Below are positions 32,080 to 47,471 of a DNA stretch of 64,000 bases, one piece after another (the stretch's first letter is position 1; each line of letters starts with the position of its first letter). This DNA comes from the human T2T-CHM13v2.0 reference genome, Homo sapiens. The stretch lies in NCBI RefSeq assembly GCF_009914755.1, contig NC_060939.1; one strand, given 5' to 3'. Below the pieces are notes generated by a model. The model was not told where the DNA came from, made no database searches, and was given only the letters and a program-made list of their open reading frames with translations. Made by a program: the position numbers and the translations under genes.

Positions 32080-32470
32080 TGTTGTAAGCCCAATTCATTC
32101 ATTTAACATATCAAAATTGCCTACCATATGCCAAGAACTATGCTAGGTATGAAAAATCATCAGATGAAGAACGGAAATATAAAGGGAGGGAATCATGGAA
32201 AGATTCCTATAAGATGTGACCTTTGGCTTCAGTTTAAAGAAATAAGCAGTGATCAGTCAGTATGATATATGGCAGTTGGGTTCTAAGGCAAAACAGAGAC
32301 AGAGTTGACTAAAAAGAAGAGCATTTCCATTTAATTTGTATGCTTCATTTGCTTACATTCTAGTTGCTATTTGTTATTTGTTGGAAAAATTCAGCTCTGG
32401 CGTCCGAGTTTAAAGCAACACCATGTGCTTCCCAGTCTGGGAGATCAAACTATGATATTCAATCCTACTC

Positions 32471-34073
<1,603 letters not shown>

Positions 34074-34848
34074 CAACCTGATACCAAAGACTGGCAGAGA
34101 CACAACAAAAAAAAAGACAATTTTAGGCCAATATCCCTGATGAACATTGATGCAAAAATTCTCGATAAAATACTGGTAAACCGAATCCAGCAGAACGTCC
34201 AAAACCTTATCCATCACGATCAAGTGGGCTTCATCCCTGGGATGCAAGGCTGGTTCAACATACGCAAATCAGTAAACATAATCCATCATATAAATAGAAC
34301 CAAAGACAAAAACCACCTGATTATCTCAATAGATGCAGAAAAGGCCTTTGACAAAATTCAACAGCCCTTCATGCTAAAAACTCTCAATAAACTAGGTATT
34401 GATGGGACATATCTCAAAATCATAAGAGCTATTTATGACAAACCCACAGCCAGTATCACACTGAATGGGCAAAAACTGGAAGCATTCCCTTTGAAAACTG
34501 GCACAAGACAGGGATGCCCTCTGTCACCACTCCTATGCAACATAGTGTTGGAAGTTATGGCCAGGGCAATTAGGCAGGAGAAAGAAATAAAGGGTATTCA
34601 ATTAGGAAAAGAGGAAGTCAAATTGTCCCTGTTTGCAGACGACGTGATTGTATATTTAGAAAACCCCATGGTCCCAGCCCAAAATCTCCTTAAGCTGATA
34701 AGCAACTTCAGCAAACTCTCAGGATACAAAATCAATGTGCAAAAATCACAAGCATTCCTATACACCAATAACAGACAAACTGAGAGCCAAATCATGAGTG
34801 AACCTCCCATTCACAATTGCTTCCAAGAGAATGGAATACCTAGGAATG
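34074..34848 (+). mobile_element. Inverted RT-domain segment of the same L1 (twin-priming 5' inversion)
   Basis: Open ORF2 RT stretch [13 protein letters not shown]...QGCPLSP...LFADD. It ends ~130 nt of L1 coordinates before the start of the antisense segment, judged against the copy at 103-5614. Confidence 0.9.
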
Positions 34849-35386
34849 TGGAAACACATTGTGAGGGTGGAATACTTTGTAGTATGAAGGGGAGGTCTCT
34901 AAGTCATCTTGATGCAAAGGAGGCACCCCTTAACAGGAATGTGTTGGTCATATCTGCGGACGATGTTGAAATATAAGGGATATGAGTTTACAATATTTTT
35001 AGATGTAATAATCCAGATGCTCTTACTCCATGAGAGTTTCATTCTTTCCTGGCCTGAGTTTTTAATGTGGTTATAGCAGACCTGCTTAGTTTGAGAGTTT
35101 AAGTTTTTTTACAGCTCTCTTCTACTCTTATGATTGAGACTTTGGTTTGGTCCTCAACATTCTTTGCCTCTAGCTGCAGTAAATGAGATCCTCTTTACAT
35201 GCTACTTGCTTTCATGCACTGGCATTCACGCTTAGCTTTTAATTTCAGATTAATGAATCATATTTTTATCTTTTTCTTCAAGGCATACTTCAAGTTTAGC
35301 AAAGCTACTCAATTCCACTCTCCTTATAACTACTACGTCTCCAATATTTCTCAAATATTTAACACATCACACCACATCATCTAGTG

Positions 35387-35847
<461 letters not shown>

Positions 35848-36344
35848 AGTGTCCTCATTTTCAACAGGGCAGTGCATAATCCAACTGCAAAATCTCATTT
35901 TAGCATCTGCTTTCTGAGACCAGTTCAGATACCAGCCCTTTTTGGTCAGGTTCCAGAGGAAGAAGGGCCTGATATGGGAATTAGCATGCAAAAGATTTAT
36001 TGGGAGACTATTTTTGAGAATAATCCCCTAATAAATGAAAACTGCTTCCTCTGCCCAATCTTGCTTCCTGTCCTTCCTGTAAAAGATAAGGAAAGGGAAG
36101 AAAAGAAAACAAGATTGGGCCAAGGGAGCAGTTTTCATTCTTAATGAATTCTTTTCTCAGCTGATGGTGTCTGTATCTGGAGGGCCCCTCAGATCTATAA
36201 GGGGCCACAGAAAGGACCTGAGTCTTCATAAACCTGCATGAATCAGTTATTCATGTACATGCTGTCTCTTAGGAATTCATGAGATGAAGACAATTACCTC
36301 ATCCAACATCACTTTGCCCTCTCAGGGCAAAATTGTGCAGCACA

Positions 36345-36432
36345 GTTCTCTGTTGTGCTGTCTAATGCATTGCAGATGTTTACAAGCATCCCTGGCCTCT
36401 ACTCACTAGATGTCAGTAGCACCCTCCCCTAG
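36345..36432 (-). mobile_element. MER20 (hAT-Charlie) fragment
   Basis: GCATCCCTGGCCTCTACTCACTAGATGTCAGTAGCACC matches remembered MER20 antisense. Confidence 0.65.
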
Positions 36433-39400
36433 TTCAAGAATTACACTGTTACTTGTGTCAGGGGCTGCCTGTGCTATACCTCAGCAGTGATGGCATCCTT
36501 CTTTCCATCTGGGTAGTCAGTAATCCAATTATATTAATTCAATGATTAGACTAAGTATATAATGTATATTTTCCCTCAAGTGATATCAAGAAGAAATGGA
36601 ATGCTAAATTTAGCTAATTGGTAAATTTCACATATTTTATACCATTTGGACATGGGAGATTGGGAGTTAAATAAAGTTTGAAAGAATAATTTAGGCTAAC
36701 ATCCAGGGTGATCCCCCTGTCACCAAGGACCCTTTAGGACAAAGAGAAGATTAGAACTGCTGTCCTAAGCGTTTAAGATGACAACGGCAAGCTGTTGTAG
36801 TGTATATATCAGTGCGTGTGTTATGCATTAGAAAAAGGCTTTGCAAACTACCACATGCTCATAATAAAAACGTAGTGGAAAGATGATAGAAACACAAGTT
36901 TGAAGTACTACTGAGCTGCTGACTAGCTCAGTGACCTTGGTCATTTCACTCACTCACTGAGCTTTTCCTCACTCTTACTTGAAGATGATTCAAACCTTAC
37001 AGTGTTAATATTTTTGTGCATATGTGAGTGCATTCATAAATGTCTGAAATTTAAAAGAAATTTAACTTATATATGTATATAAAATATGTACATATATATA
37101 AAAATATCTAGCATTATGCCTGGCCTGTAGTGGTTACTCAAATGCCAGATGAATTTTAATGACTAGCACTCAGCCTTACCTAAAAAGACAAGAACATCTT
37201 GCAAGTAATTGCTTCTGTCTCCTAAGATAACTGCTGCTGTTTGGCAACACAGTAGGGACTCCCAGTAGAAGCAACCTTGCTCTCATTGCATCTGCTCCAG
37301 AGAAATCAAGAAATAATTACCTTTTTATTTGGAGACTTGATTGATGCATCAGCCTTCCCCGTGGCTGTAGAGAGATAAACTGGGCCAAAGAGAATAACCT
37401 GGATTTTATTCTGCCTTGATTACTCCTGTTGCAGGGATAATTTGAGTTCAGGGCGGGAAGTACCACAGCTGATTAAAGAGAGGACCTTGGGCACATCAAC
37501 TCTCAAATATCTTGATTACAGAAATTGGAGGCTCCCATTCCATGTTCATGAATACTGTGAAAATGTGACATCCTGCATTGCCAAGGTAGCTGTCTGAATT
37601 ATATGAATACAAGGAGATACAGGGTTTAATGATCAGCGGCAATGTCAAGGACTGGAATCATGACAGGAACAAGTACTGCTTCCTAAAACACAGTGTAAAT
37701 GATTTATAGTTGAAAATGGCAATCACTTCAATTTATATTGATGAAAATAGAATTCTTTTAGAAAGTGTCTATTTAAAAAAAAATATGCCTCTTTCAGTGA
37801 TGATAGCTACATGACTACCCCATATTACCAGTTGAAAATTAACATTAAAATACCTTTCACCTACATAATCTTTGGAATGGATGTGGAAAATATTCAGATT
37901 ACCAAAGGTTGTAAACACTTCAATCGTAATGCTTTTTTTTAACTTGGCTAGTTTCTTATACTTAAAAAAATAAAAATAACTAAAAATACACTTAAAACTG
38001 TCTATATTTTATAAACATTAATTAGGTAAATAGGGGAGGCATAAGAATAGTGGAAGGCTTTGTACAGAAAGATTCAGTGCTCTTAGTAAATGTCAGTAAG
38101 GTATAATGAGAGGAGAGCAGTGTTACAATTGAGAGCAGCTAGATTCAAATCTTCATCACCATACACTAGCTGTGTGGAATTACGCAAATCATTGTATCCC
38201 TTTGAATTTTACTGTCCTACTCAAAAAGTTGAGATGACAAATAGAACTATTGGTTAAAAGTTTCTAGAAGTTTTCATGTCATTGTAAATGTAATATGCTA
38301 CGTAGATTATTTTAAAGCACTGCGAAACTGTTCAACATTTTCATTAACAATATTAGCTAAAATGTAATTAATTTATCAAGGAATAAATAAAATATGTTAA
38401 ACCCAGTGTGAAGTCCACAGTAGGTCTTCGATAATGGTGATAAATGAAAGTTGTATTGAATATGTTATTTATTGTCTTTATTTTTCATTAAAAAATCTGC
38501 TAAATGTTGAATGATGAGTACTTCAATTCATGTAAACAAAGTTAACTGGTCAAATAAACATTAAAAATATTAAGTGATATTGATGCTAGTAATATTTGTT
38601 CAATGTTGTAGTGGTAATGTATAAGTCGTAGTAATAATAAAAATTTATATTAATGCCTTCTTATGAGAACTCAATTCAACATTTAGAAAGAGTCAATCAA
38701 AAAATAACCTGGGATTTTATCTATCATGGTTTATCAGATATTGTTTGTTTTATACAGGAATATATATGTGTGTATATATATATAAAATTCTGGGAAAGAG
38801 AAGAATCTTGATTTTGTTCTCTTTGATTTCCCCTGCTGCAAAGATAATGTGAGTTTAGGGTACTGTGTATATATTTTATTATAAATTACAGAGTCATAAG
38901 CTATGTATAAAATTTTTGAGAAAGGAAAAAGTGATTAATGCATAGCATAAAATGTACATATACAATTATTTTATATGTAATTTATAGTTACATATAATTG
39001 CTAATACATATACAGTTGAAGCCATTTCATAGTCTAGCTCTGTTGTTAGTAGAAAAGTGATAGGTGATCATGGCTACAAATATGTCCATAATTTTCACAA
39101 ATAATAAAGGGGGAAATTGAGAATTTTTATTGCAATCTCATGATGAAACATTGGGACTAAACGAAGACAGAAGGAAAGATATAAACTATGCAGAGAAGTG
39201 CTTTTGGGCATAAAAAGGTACTATGCAGAGAAGTACTTTTATGCATAAAGTGCTTTTATGCACTGTGTCATCAGTTCTTAAAACAGGGCCTTGTACGTAG
39301 GTGCTTACTGAGTGGTTCTTTAATGAATAACCAATGCAAGATCCAGTGCGGCCATTAAGAGTGAATAACAGTTTCACTTACATACATTATCTCATTTAAG

Positions 39401-40624
39401 TCTCTCAAAATCTTGTCACATAAGCAAGTGTGATTTTATAATTTAAAAGGAGAAGGTGTGAGGAATAATATTATGTAGATTTGATCTGTTTTTTGTACTG
39501 TAATGTTAATTATTCCACAAGTATCAAATGGCACTTACCACTCATAAATGATGTATTTGTAATTTTTGTTACTCCTAGGGATTAAGACTAACTACATAGA
39601 TTCTTCTTTAATGTTTGCTAAATTTAAGTTGTTGTGTATTCATACTTTGAGACGTGAAACAAATATAACCCACCCCAGAGAGCCTCATTTTCTGATTTGT
39701 TTTTCTCTTCTGGGTTTATATCTATATTAGCCCTTTTTATATTGTGGTGCAATCAAATATTCAAATATCTTCAGCCCTAATTTGAGTCAGAGCAACATGA
39801 GATGGCAGGAAAAAAAGAATCTGTTAAACAATTGTTGATTCTACCCAAAAAAGCATAAATGTTTCTCTTATTAAAAATAAAATAAATTAAAATTGATTAA
39901 TTTTTAAAAATATTTTTAAAAAATGTTTTAATTTGTTAAGAGTAAATGAATATATTTATTGGCATTTTATGTCTAAGAAGTTTGTTTTTGGTTATCTAGC
40001 ATGTAAGTGTGGTATCTTCTAATATTTTATATCTTCTGTTTTATTTGTGGCTTTGTAGATTTCATTAATCTGAATTAAATTGATCATTTGAGCAAGTGCT
40101 TCACCAGTGACTTCTTTCACACTTCTAGAAGGGTTGTAATTAGAATAACCTTTCATAGCATTTTTAGTCTAGTAACTTCAAGCCTCATAATATATTCACT
40201 CCACATAAAAACACTTATCAATAGAGTCCACAGGATGATTTAACATGCCACACACACCTCTTGTTCTTCACATTGATATGTATGTAATACAGTCAGACCC
40301 ACCTCTTCATTACTTCCAAAGAGCCAACTTTGTCCGGTCTAAAAAATAATAGCTCTTTCTGATATTTTTTTTCAAGGGAAAACCTATTCTTGGGACTTTT
40401 TTTTCCACTTTTCTTTGTTTTTCTTTGAATTTTCTCTTCTGTCACATTTTCAAAATGCCATTATTCATGATTTATCGCTGTCTTTAAGTGTCTTTATAGG
40501 AATTAAATATCTTTTTACTTTTATAGTTTCAAGTCTTTTGTTGAACTTATTCAACTAGCACTAAATATTTTTATTCATTTTAAAGAAAATTATTTCAGAG
40601 AATTATCTACATTAATAGTCTAAA

Positions 40625-41240
40625 TGGTTTTATCATGGTGAAATATATATATATAAAACATAAAATTTGTCATTTTAATCATTTTAAAATATTCAGCTCA
40701 GTGGCATTTTATATTCATATTGCTGTGCAACCATCATCACTATCTATTCTAAAACTTTTTTATCACTTCCAACAGAAACTCTGCACCCATTAAGTAATAA
40801 CTTCTGTTTCCCTCTCCCCCAGCCCCTGGGAACTTCTCTCTGAATTTTCTTATTGTAAATATTTCAAGTAAATGGAATGTTACATCATTTATTCTTATGT
40901 GTCTCATTTCTTTTAGTTAGTATAATTTATCCAAGGTTGAGCCATATTGTAGCATATATCAGAACTTTTTTGGGATTGAATCATATTACTTTATGTCTAT
41001 TTAACACATTTAGTGTATCCATTCATCTGTTGATGGATATTGGTTGTCTCCAATTATTTCTGTTTTATTTTTATTTTAAGTTCTGGGGTACGTGTGCAGG
41101 ATGTGCAGATTTGTTACATAGGTAAACATGTGCCATAGTGGTTTGCTGGACCTATCAACCCATGGCCTATGTATTAAGCCCAGCATGCATTACCTATTTT
41201 TTCTAATGATCTCTCTACCCCCACTCCCTGCCACCAACAC
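40625..41240 (-). mobile_element. L1MB-type 3'UTR followed by a short older L1PA 3'UTR, antisense
   Basis: CATAAAATTTGTCATTTTAATCATTTTAA..TGTGCAACCATCA; then from ~41,055 TTTTAAGTTCTGGGGTACGTGTGCAGGATGTGCAG. Confidence 0.72.
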
Positions 41241-42779
41241 TCTGAATCTTTTTGAATGCTTTACATAAAGCTTTTGTTTCCAATACCTCAAGGAAATTAA
41301 TGTTATCAAGGTCCTCAGTGATCTTCATATATTTCAATTGAATGGTTGATTATCAATCCAAGTATTGTTTGATATATAAATGGCATTTTACAGGACTGAG
41401 TACATGTACCTACATGAAATGTCTTCACTAGATTACCAGAAACTGCTGAAGAGATTTAGAAGGTAGGATGGCCCTTTTGCAGATTCTGTGTAGAAACTGA
41501 GACCCTCCCCCTTGAAAATACCAGAGAGGATTTCCACAGAAGCTGTAATCAACTATTTATATTGTTTTATTGTTCTGGGTTAGATGACATGCCATTCTTG
41601 ATTCAAATACAGAAAGGGAAGATATAATCATTCTAATTTTCTCCAACTATTCTCTGGAGCCGAGATTAGACTCAGTAGCTGCTGAATAAGATGCACAGAC
41701 TTGTGAAAATGGTGAATATTCAAAGACCTTTCTGTTTGAAAAGAGAAAGGGATTCTGTTTGGAAGGAGAAAAACAAGAATGATACTGGATTGGCAGTTAA
41801 CAATATCCACTGTATGCCTGAAAGCATATCCGTAGAATATTTTTTTAAAAATATCATTTCTACCTCAAGTACTAGTATTGGACTCTAAGAAATGTACTTA
41901 TGTGCTTATTTAAACATTAAACCAGCATAAAATTAGAATAGTTTCTAAATTTTCTCCATGAAGGTTCATATTGAATAGAAAAAGCTATTGTTTTCTTCTT
42001 TTCCATTACAGAGCATGACCCTTTAAATGTTTGAACTTTTTCCTTGAAATGCACTTTAAAACAGAAGTGATATGCATTTAGCTTCATGATGGTTTTAGGT
42101 GAGATTTAATAGCTAGCCATACAAATAAACCCTGCAGGTGGTAAGCGACGGTCCATGCATGAAACAAGCATCCCAGCTTCCAAAAGGCTATCAATTAAAT
42201 GAAAGTGACTATTGAACTGATCTTCTGCTACCAAAATGCTAATTAAAATTTCATTACTCTTCATCAGCCACTCATACTGTAGCTCTGGGATAATGGTGAT
42301 GCAGCGTCTCAGTATATTATAATCTTAGTGATATATTTTTATATCATCACCATAAGAAACATTGTGTTACTCCAGAATATTTGAGATTTCTCACTGCCTG
42401 AGGCATGTATTTATTTCATATCTTTTTATTTTAGTTTATTCTGTTCAATCCTCTACTTAATCCATCTACCTGTACCTGATGCGTGGGTCTCTGATACTAG
42501 GCCACAGACAAATACTCACCCAGGATTGACCTTGAAAATAAAACATGATGTTTGTGTCATAATCATAGTTCACATCTGACTTCATACTTAGTACAGCTAA
42601 TTTTACTCCTTTTTCCTTGTGAAAATGCCAGATCCTGATGAGTTTTAAATTTAAAAAATCCTCTTTCCTATGTAATTATAAATTATTTCGTTGTTTAAAC
42701 CTTATAGTATCATGAATTTAGTACTTTTTTTTCTGGAAATATTTGGCATATGAACCTCTCTCACTTATGAGCAGCATAT

Positions 42780-45700
42780 TTGTTAATTGAGATTATTGTA
42801 GATTCACACGTGGTAGAAGGAACGATACAGAGAGATCCCTTGTATACTTCATCCAGTTTCCCCTAATGGTGACATTTTGCGTAACCATAGCATAATAGCA
42901 TAACCAGGATATTAATATCAATAAAATCCATTGATCTAATTCAGACTTACCCAGTTTTACTTACACACATATATGTGTGTATTAAATCTGATACAATTTT
43001 AAGATGAGTAGGTGTGTTTATCCACAAATAGGAGTAAAACTGCTAAACACTAACAACGTCAGGATCCTTTCTATTCTTTGATAACCATACACACCTCCCA
43101 CCATTTCTCCCACTCATTTTAAATGTTGCCACTAAACTTATCCTCTATTTCTAAAATTTCATCATGAATAGAACAATACAGAATATAAACTTTGGGGTTA
43201 GTATTTTTTTACTTTGTGTGATTCTCTGGAGACTTGCCTAAGTTGATATGTACATAAATGATCTATTCCTTTTAATTGTTAAGTAGTATTCCATGGTGCA
43301 TATGTACTGCCATTTGTTTGACCATTCACCTACTGAAGTACATCTTGATTGAGCAAAGGTTTTGGCTATTATGAATACATCTGCTATAAATATTTGTTGA
43401 ATAGGCTTTTGTGAACAGAGCTTTCTCCCCACTCTTGGAGAAATTCACAAGAGTACAATTTGCTAGGTTGAATAATAGTTGTATACCTTTTTTATTACCA
43501 AGCTCCAAGCTGTTTTCTATAGCGGCTGTATCATTTTACATTTTCACAGGAAATATATGAGTGATTTAGTTTTTCTACAGAAATGGCAATATTTGCTGCT
43601 GTCACTTTTTTGTTAATTTTTGCCATTGTAATAGATTTGTAGTATTAGGTAATAATATATCACTGTGGTTTTAATTTGCAATTTTCTGGTGATGAATGAT
43701 GTTGATATGATGCTTGTTTTCCATCTGCATATCCTATTCACTGAAATGTCTCTTTATGTCTTTTGCCCATATTCTAATTGGTTTTTCGAGTTCATTTTTA
43801 CAAGACCTTTTGCAATCTGTATAGTTTTGTTTTGTTGAGGTTAGAGAGGTCTTTTTTATGTTCTAAATACTAGTCCTTCCTCAGATATATAATTCTAAAT
43901 GTTTTCTCCAAATACGTACCTTGGTCTGTTTATCCTTTGCACACCGGTTTTCACTAAGAGAAAGTTTATAGTTTATAATTTTTTTATTTTATGTATTGTG
44001 CTTTTGATGTCAAGTCTGAGAAATTGTAGCTTTCCTGTAGATCCTGAAGATTTGTTTTCTTTTAGTTTAAACATGTTTTTTAGCTATATATTTACATTTA
44101 AGGATATAATTTATTTTGACTTAATTTTTGTATGTTATATGAAATGTAGGCTGAGATTAATTTTCTTTTGTTTTTTTTTTCCTTTTGGTCTATGCATATA
44201 CAATTGCCGCAGGACCATTTCCTGAAAAGAACATTTTTCAGTTTAGTTCTTGCATCTTGCTCAAAAGTGTGTTAGGTATATTTTATGGGTCTGTTTCCAG
44301 GCCCTCTACCTGGTTCCATTGGCTTATGTGTCAGTACCACATAATATTAATTAATGTATGTAGATAATAAGTCTTGAAATCAGATACAATAATTCATTCC
44401 TTTTTATTTTTCCTTTTTGAAATTGTTTTAGCTAGTTTAGTTCCCTGGGCATTGCATGTAAATTTTACAGTGATAATTCTATATTTATACAAAAGTGGGC
44501 TATTTTGGATAAGAATTACATTGAACCTGTGCATTGATTTAGAAAAAATTAGCATCATTACTATACTGTTTCTTCCAATCCATGAACACAATGTCTTTCC
44601 ACTTATTTAGGATTTTTAATTTATTTCATCATTGTTGTATATTTTTCAGCATAAAAGTCTTGCACAGTTTTGTTAGATTTATAGTTAAATAATTCATTTT
44701 TGAGTGTTGTGAATGGCATTGTGTTTTTAATTTCAGTGTTCATGGGCACATTCTGGTATCTAGAATGAAAAATTGATTGTGTTATGCTTATCTTGTATCT
44801 TGTGACCTTGTTGGCATCATTTATATTAGCTCTGTTTTTTGATAGATCCTTTAGGATTTTCAACACAGACAATCATGTTATCAGCAAATAGAAAAAAATT
44901 TTACTTTTTCCTTTCTTGTCTGTATACCTTTTGTTTCCTTTCTTTTCATTATTGTGCTAGTTGAGGACTTCCAGAACTATGTTGAGAAGAGAAGTAAGAG
45001 TAGTCATCTTTACCTTGTGTGCTAAGCTGTTCTTATGTTGCTACAAAGAAATACTCGAGAATGAGTAATTTATAAAGAAAAGAGGTTTAATTGGCTCACG
45101 GTTCTTCAGGCTGTACAGGAAACACGGCACTGGCATCTGCTCAGCTTTGGGGGTCTCTCAGGGAGATTTTACTCCCTGAGAAGCGGGAGGAGGTATGTCA
45201 CATGGCCAAAGCAGAATCACATGGCCATGGTCATGTGGCCAAAGAGAGAGTGGAAGGAGGTGCCACAAACTTTAAAACAACCAGATCTCATGAGAACTCA
45301 CCTACTAACCTGAGGACAGCACCAAGACATCAGGGATCTGCTCCCATGACCCCGATACCTCTCACCAGGCCCCACCTCCAACACTGGGGATTACATTTCA
45401 ACATGAGATTTGGCAGGGACATATATCCAAACTATAGCACCTTATTCCTGATTTTAGGAAGGATTTTAGGATGTTTTTCATCATCAAGTATAATCTTAGC
45501 TGTAGGGTTTTTACCTGTTCTTTAAAATTTGGAGAAGGTCTTCCTCTATTCCTAATTTTCTAAGAGTTTTTTATTATATGTATTTATTTTTTGCTGAATT
45601 AATTTTATGCATCAATTGATATGATCATCTGATTTTTCTTCTTTAGCCTGTTGATATTGTTCATTGCAATGACTGATTTTGTAATGTTGAACCATCCTTG

Positions 45701-47060
45701 TATTGCTGGAATAAACACACTTGGTCATGTGTGTAGTTATTTTTATATATTATTGAGTTTTATTTCATAATATTTTGTTAATGATTTTTATATCTATATT
45801 TGCGAGGAATACTAATCAATTATTTTCTTTTTTGTACACTGGCTTGGGTATTGGTGTAATACTTCATAAGAATAGTTAGGAAATTTTCAATTCATTTCTA
45901 TTTTCTGGTAAAGCTTGTATAAATTTAGTAATAATTACTTCTTAAATGTTTATTACTATTCTCCGGTGAAACTATTTCAGCCAGGAATTTTATTTTTCAG
46001 GACCTTTTAATTAATAATTGATTTGATTGAAATAGAGCTATTTTAGATTGTTAATTTTATCTTGGTAATTTTTGATAGTTTGTGTTTTCAAAAAATTAGT
46101 CCTTTTACGTTGATGAAACTATAAGCATGAAGTTGTTCGTATTATTCTCTTTATCTTTTTAAAAGCTACAGAATCAAGAGCGTTATTTCTTACTTTAATT
46201 TTGACATGAGCAATAGCTGTCTTTTTGTTACTTTTGTTTAGTATTTTTGGAGTTTTATTAATTTTATTGATAAACATATTTGAAAGATATTTGGTTATAT
46301 TAATTTTCTTTATTGCTTTTCTGTTTTCAATTTTATTGATTTCTGCTTTGATTTTTTATTATTTTTTTCTTTTTGTTTTGAGCTTATTTTGCTCTTCTGT
46401 TTCTACTTTTGTTAATAGAAATGTAGATTATCAACTTGAGACCTCTCATTTTTAATGTAAGCCTGCACTGCTATCAGTTTTTCTCTAATCGCTTCTTTAG
46501 TTCTATCTGACATAATATTTTGTATCTTTTAAATCATTCACATCTATGTATTTGTTTTTAAATTATTTGAGACTTCCTTTTTGACCCATGGATCATTTAA
46601 AAATACGTTATTTCCCACATGTTCTCAGATTCCTATTGTTTTGTTATTTATTTCTAGTTTGGTATCACAAAAAATACATAACACAATTTAAACTATTTTT
46701 TTAAGTTTGTTGAGGCTTGATTAATGTCTACTTATGTCTATGATCTATCTTGATGAGTATTCCATGAAGGTCTGAAAAAAATTGTGTGTTCTGCTGTAAT
46801 TGAGCGGAGTGTTTTTATGTGGCAGTTAGATCTTCTTAGCTGAATGTGCATATATTCTAGATATTGCAGGTCATTGCTGATTTTCTAATAATTCTATCAT
46901 TATTATCAGTGTTGGAGTCTGCAATTACAGTAGTGAATCTCTGCTTTCAACTCTTTATCAGTTTTTGTTTCATGTTATTTTGCAAATACGCTCTCGTGGT
47001 CGGTACATATTTAGAATTTTTATGTCTAGTTGATTGATTCTTTTATCATCATTAGTATAA
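42780..47060 (-). mobile_element. Long ancient L1M (MC/MD-type), antisense, interrupted by an MST LTR
   Basis: T-rich antisense ORF2/3'UTR motifs throughout (CCCAGTTTT, CTTCCAATCCATGAACA, ATGTTGAACCATCCTTG). Confidence 0.75.
45018..45439. mobile_element. MST (MSTA/B-like) MaLR solo LTR
   Basis: GTAATTTATAAAGAAAAGAGGTTTAATTGGCTCACGGTTC...CAACATGAGATTTGG..CCAAACTATAGCA; 5-bp TSD CCTTG/CCTTA. Confidence 0.87.
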
Positions 47061-47399
47061 AAGACACAAGGATCAAAAACATCTAAATGAAACGTGGTTC
47101 GGACAAGAAGGCATAGACCCATTTCTTCTTGCTGTCTCTCACGAGACACAACCTTAAGCATTAGAAGTAGTGAAAAGACAAATATAGAGGAGAACCCTGA
47201 AGGTAGTAAAAATAAGAGAGCTTTCTTTGTACTATCCTTGAGTGTTTCACTACGTATTAAATTTCCACAATGCATCACTAGAGCCTATATTGTATCTGTG
47301 GACACTCTTTAAATGTGGACATTTAAGCAAAAGTCGAAAGAATAAATCTAGAAATAAAAATGAATGTGAAATTTGATGAGAAGGATTGGCTCCTGCTGC

Positions 47400-47471
47400 A
47401 AATAAATTTCTGTTCATTATACATTACAGTCAGTGGTATTCTATTATAGCAGCATGAAATGGTCTAATACA
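47400..47471 (+). mobile_element. Terminal ~70 bp of a MaLR (MST/MLT1A-like) LTR
   Basis: AATAAATTTCTGTTC..GGTATTCTATTATAGCAGCA..CTAATACA. Confidence 0.7.

Noticed and set aside
37200-37720. Repeat-free, slightly GC-richer stretch as a possible exon or conserved element
   Set aside because: No ORF, splice pair or recognisable motif could be supported from sequence alone.
39186-39262. Short imperfect repeats (TATGCAGAGAAGT x2, GCATAAA x2)
   Set aside because: Ordinary local slippage duplication with no further structure.
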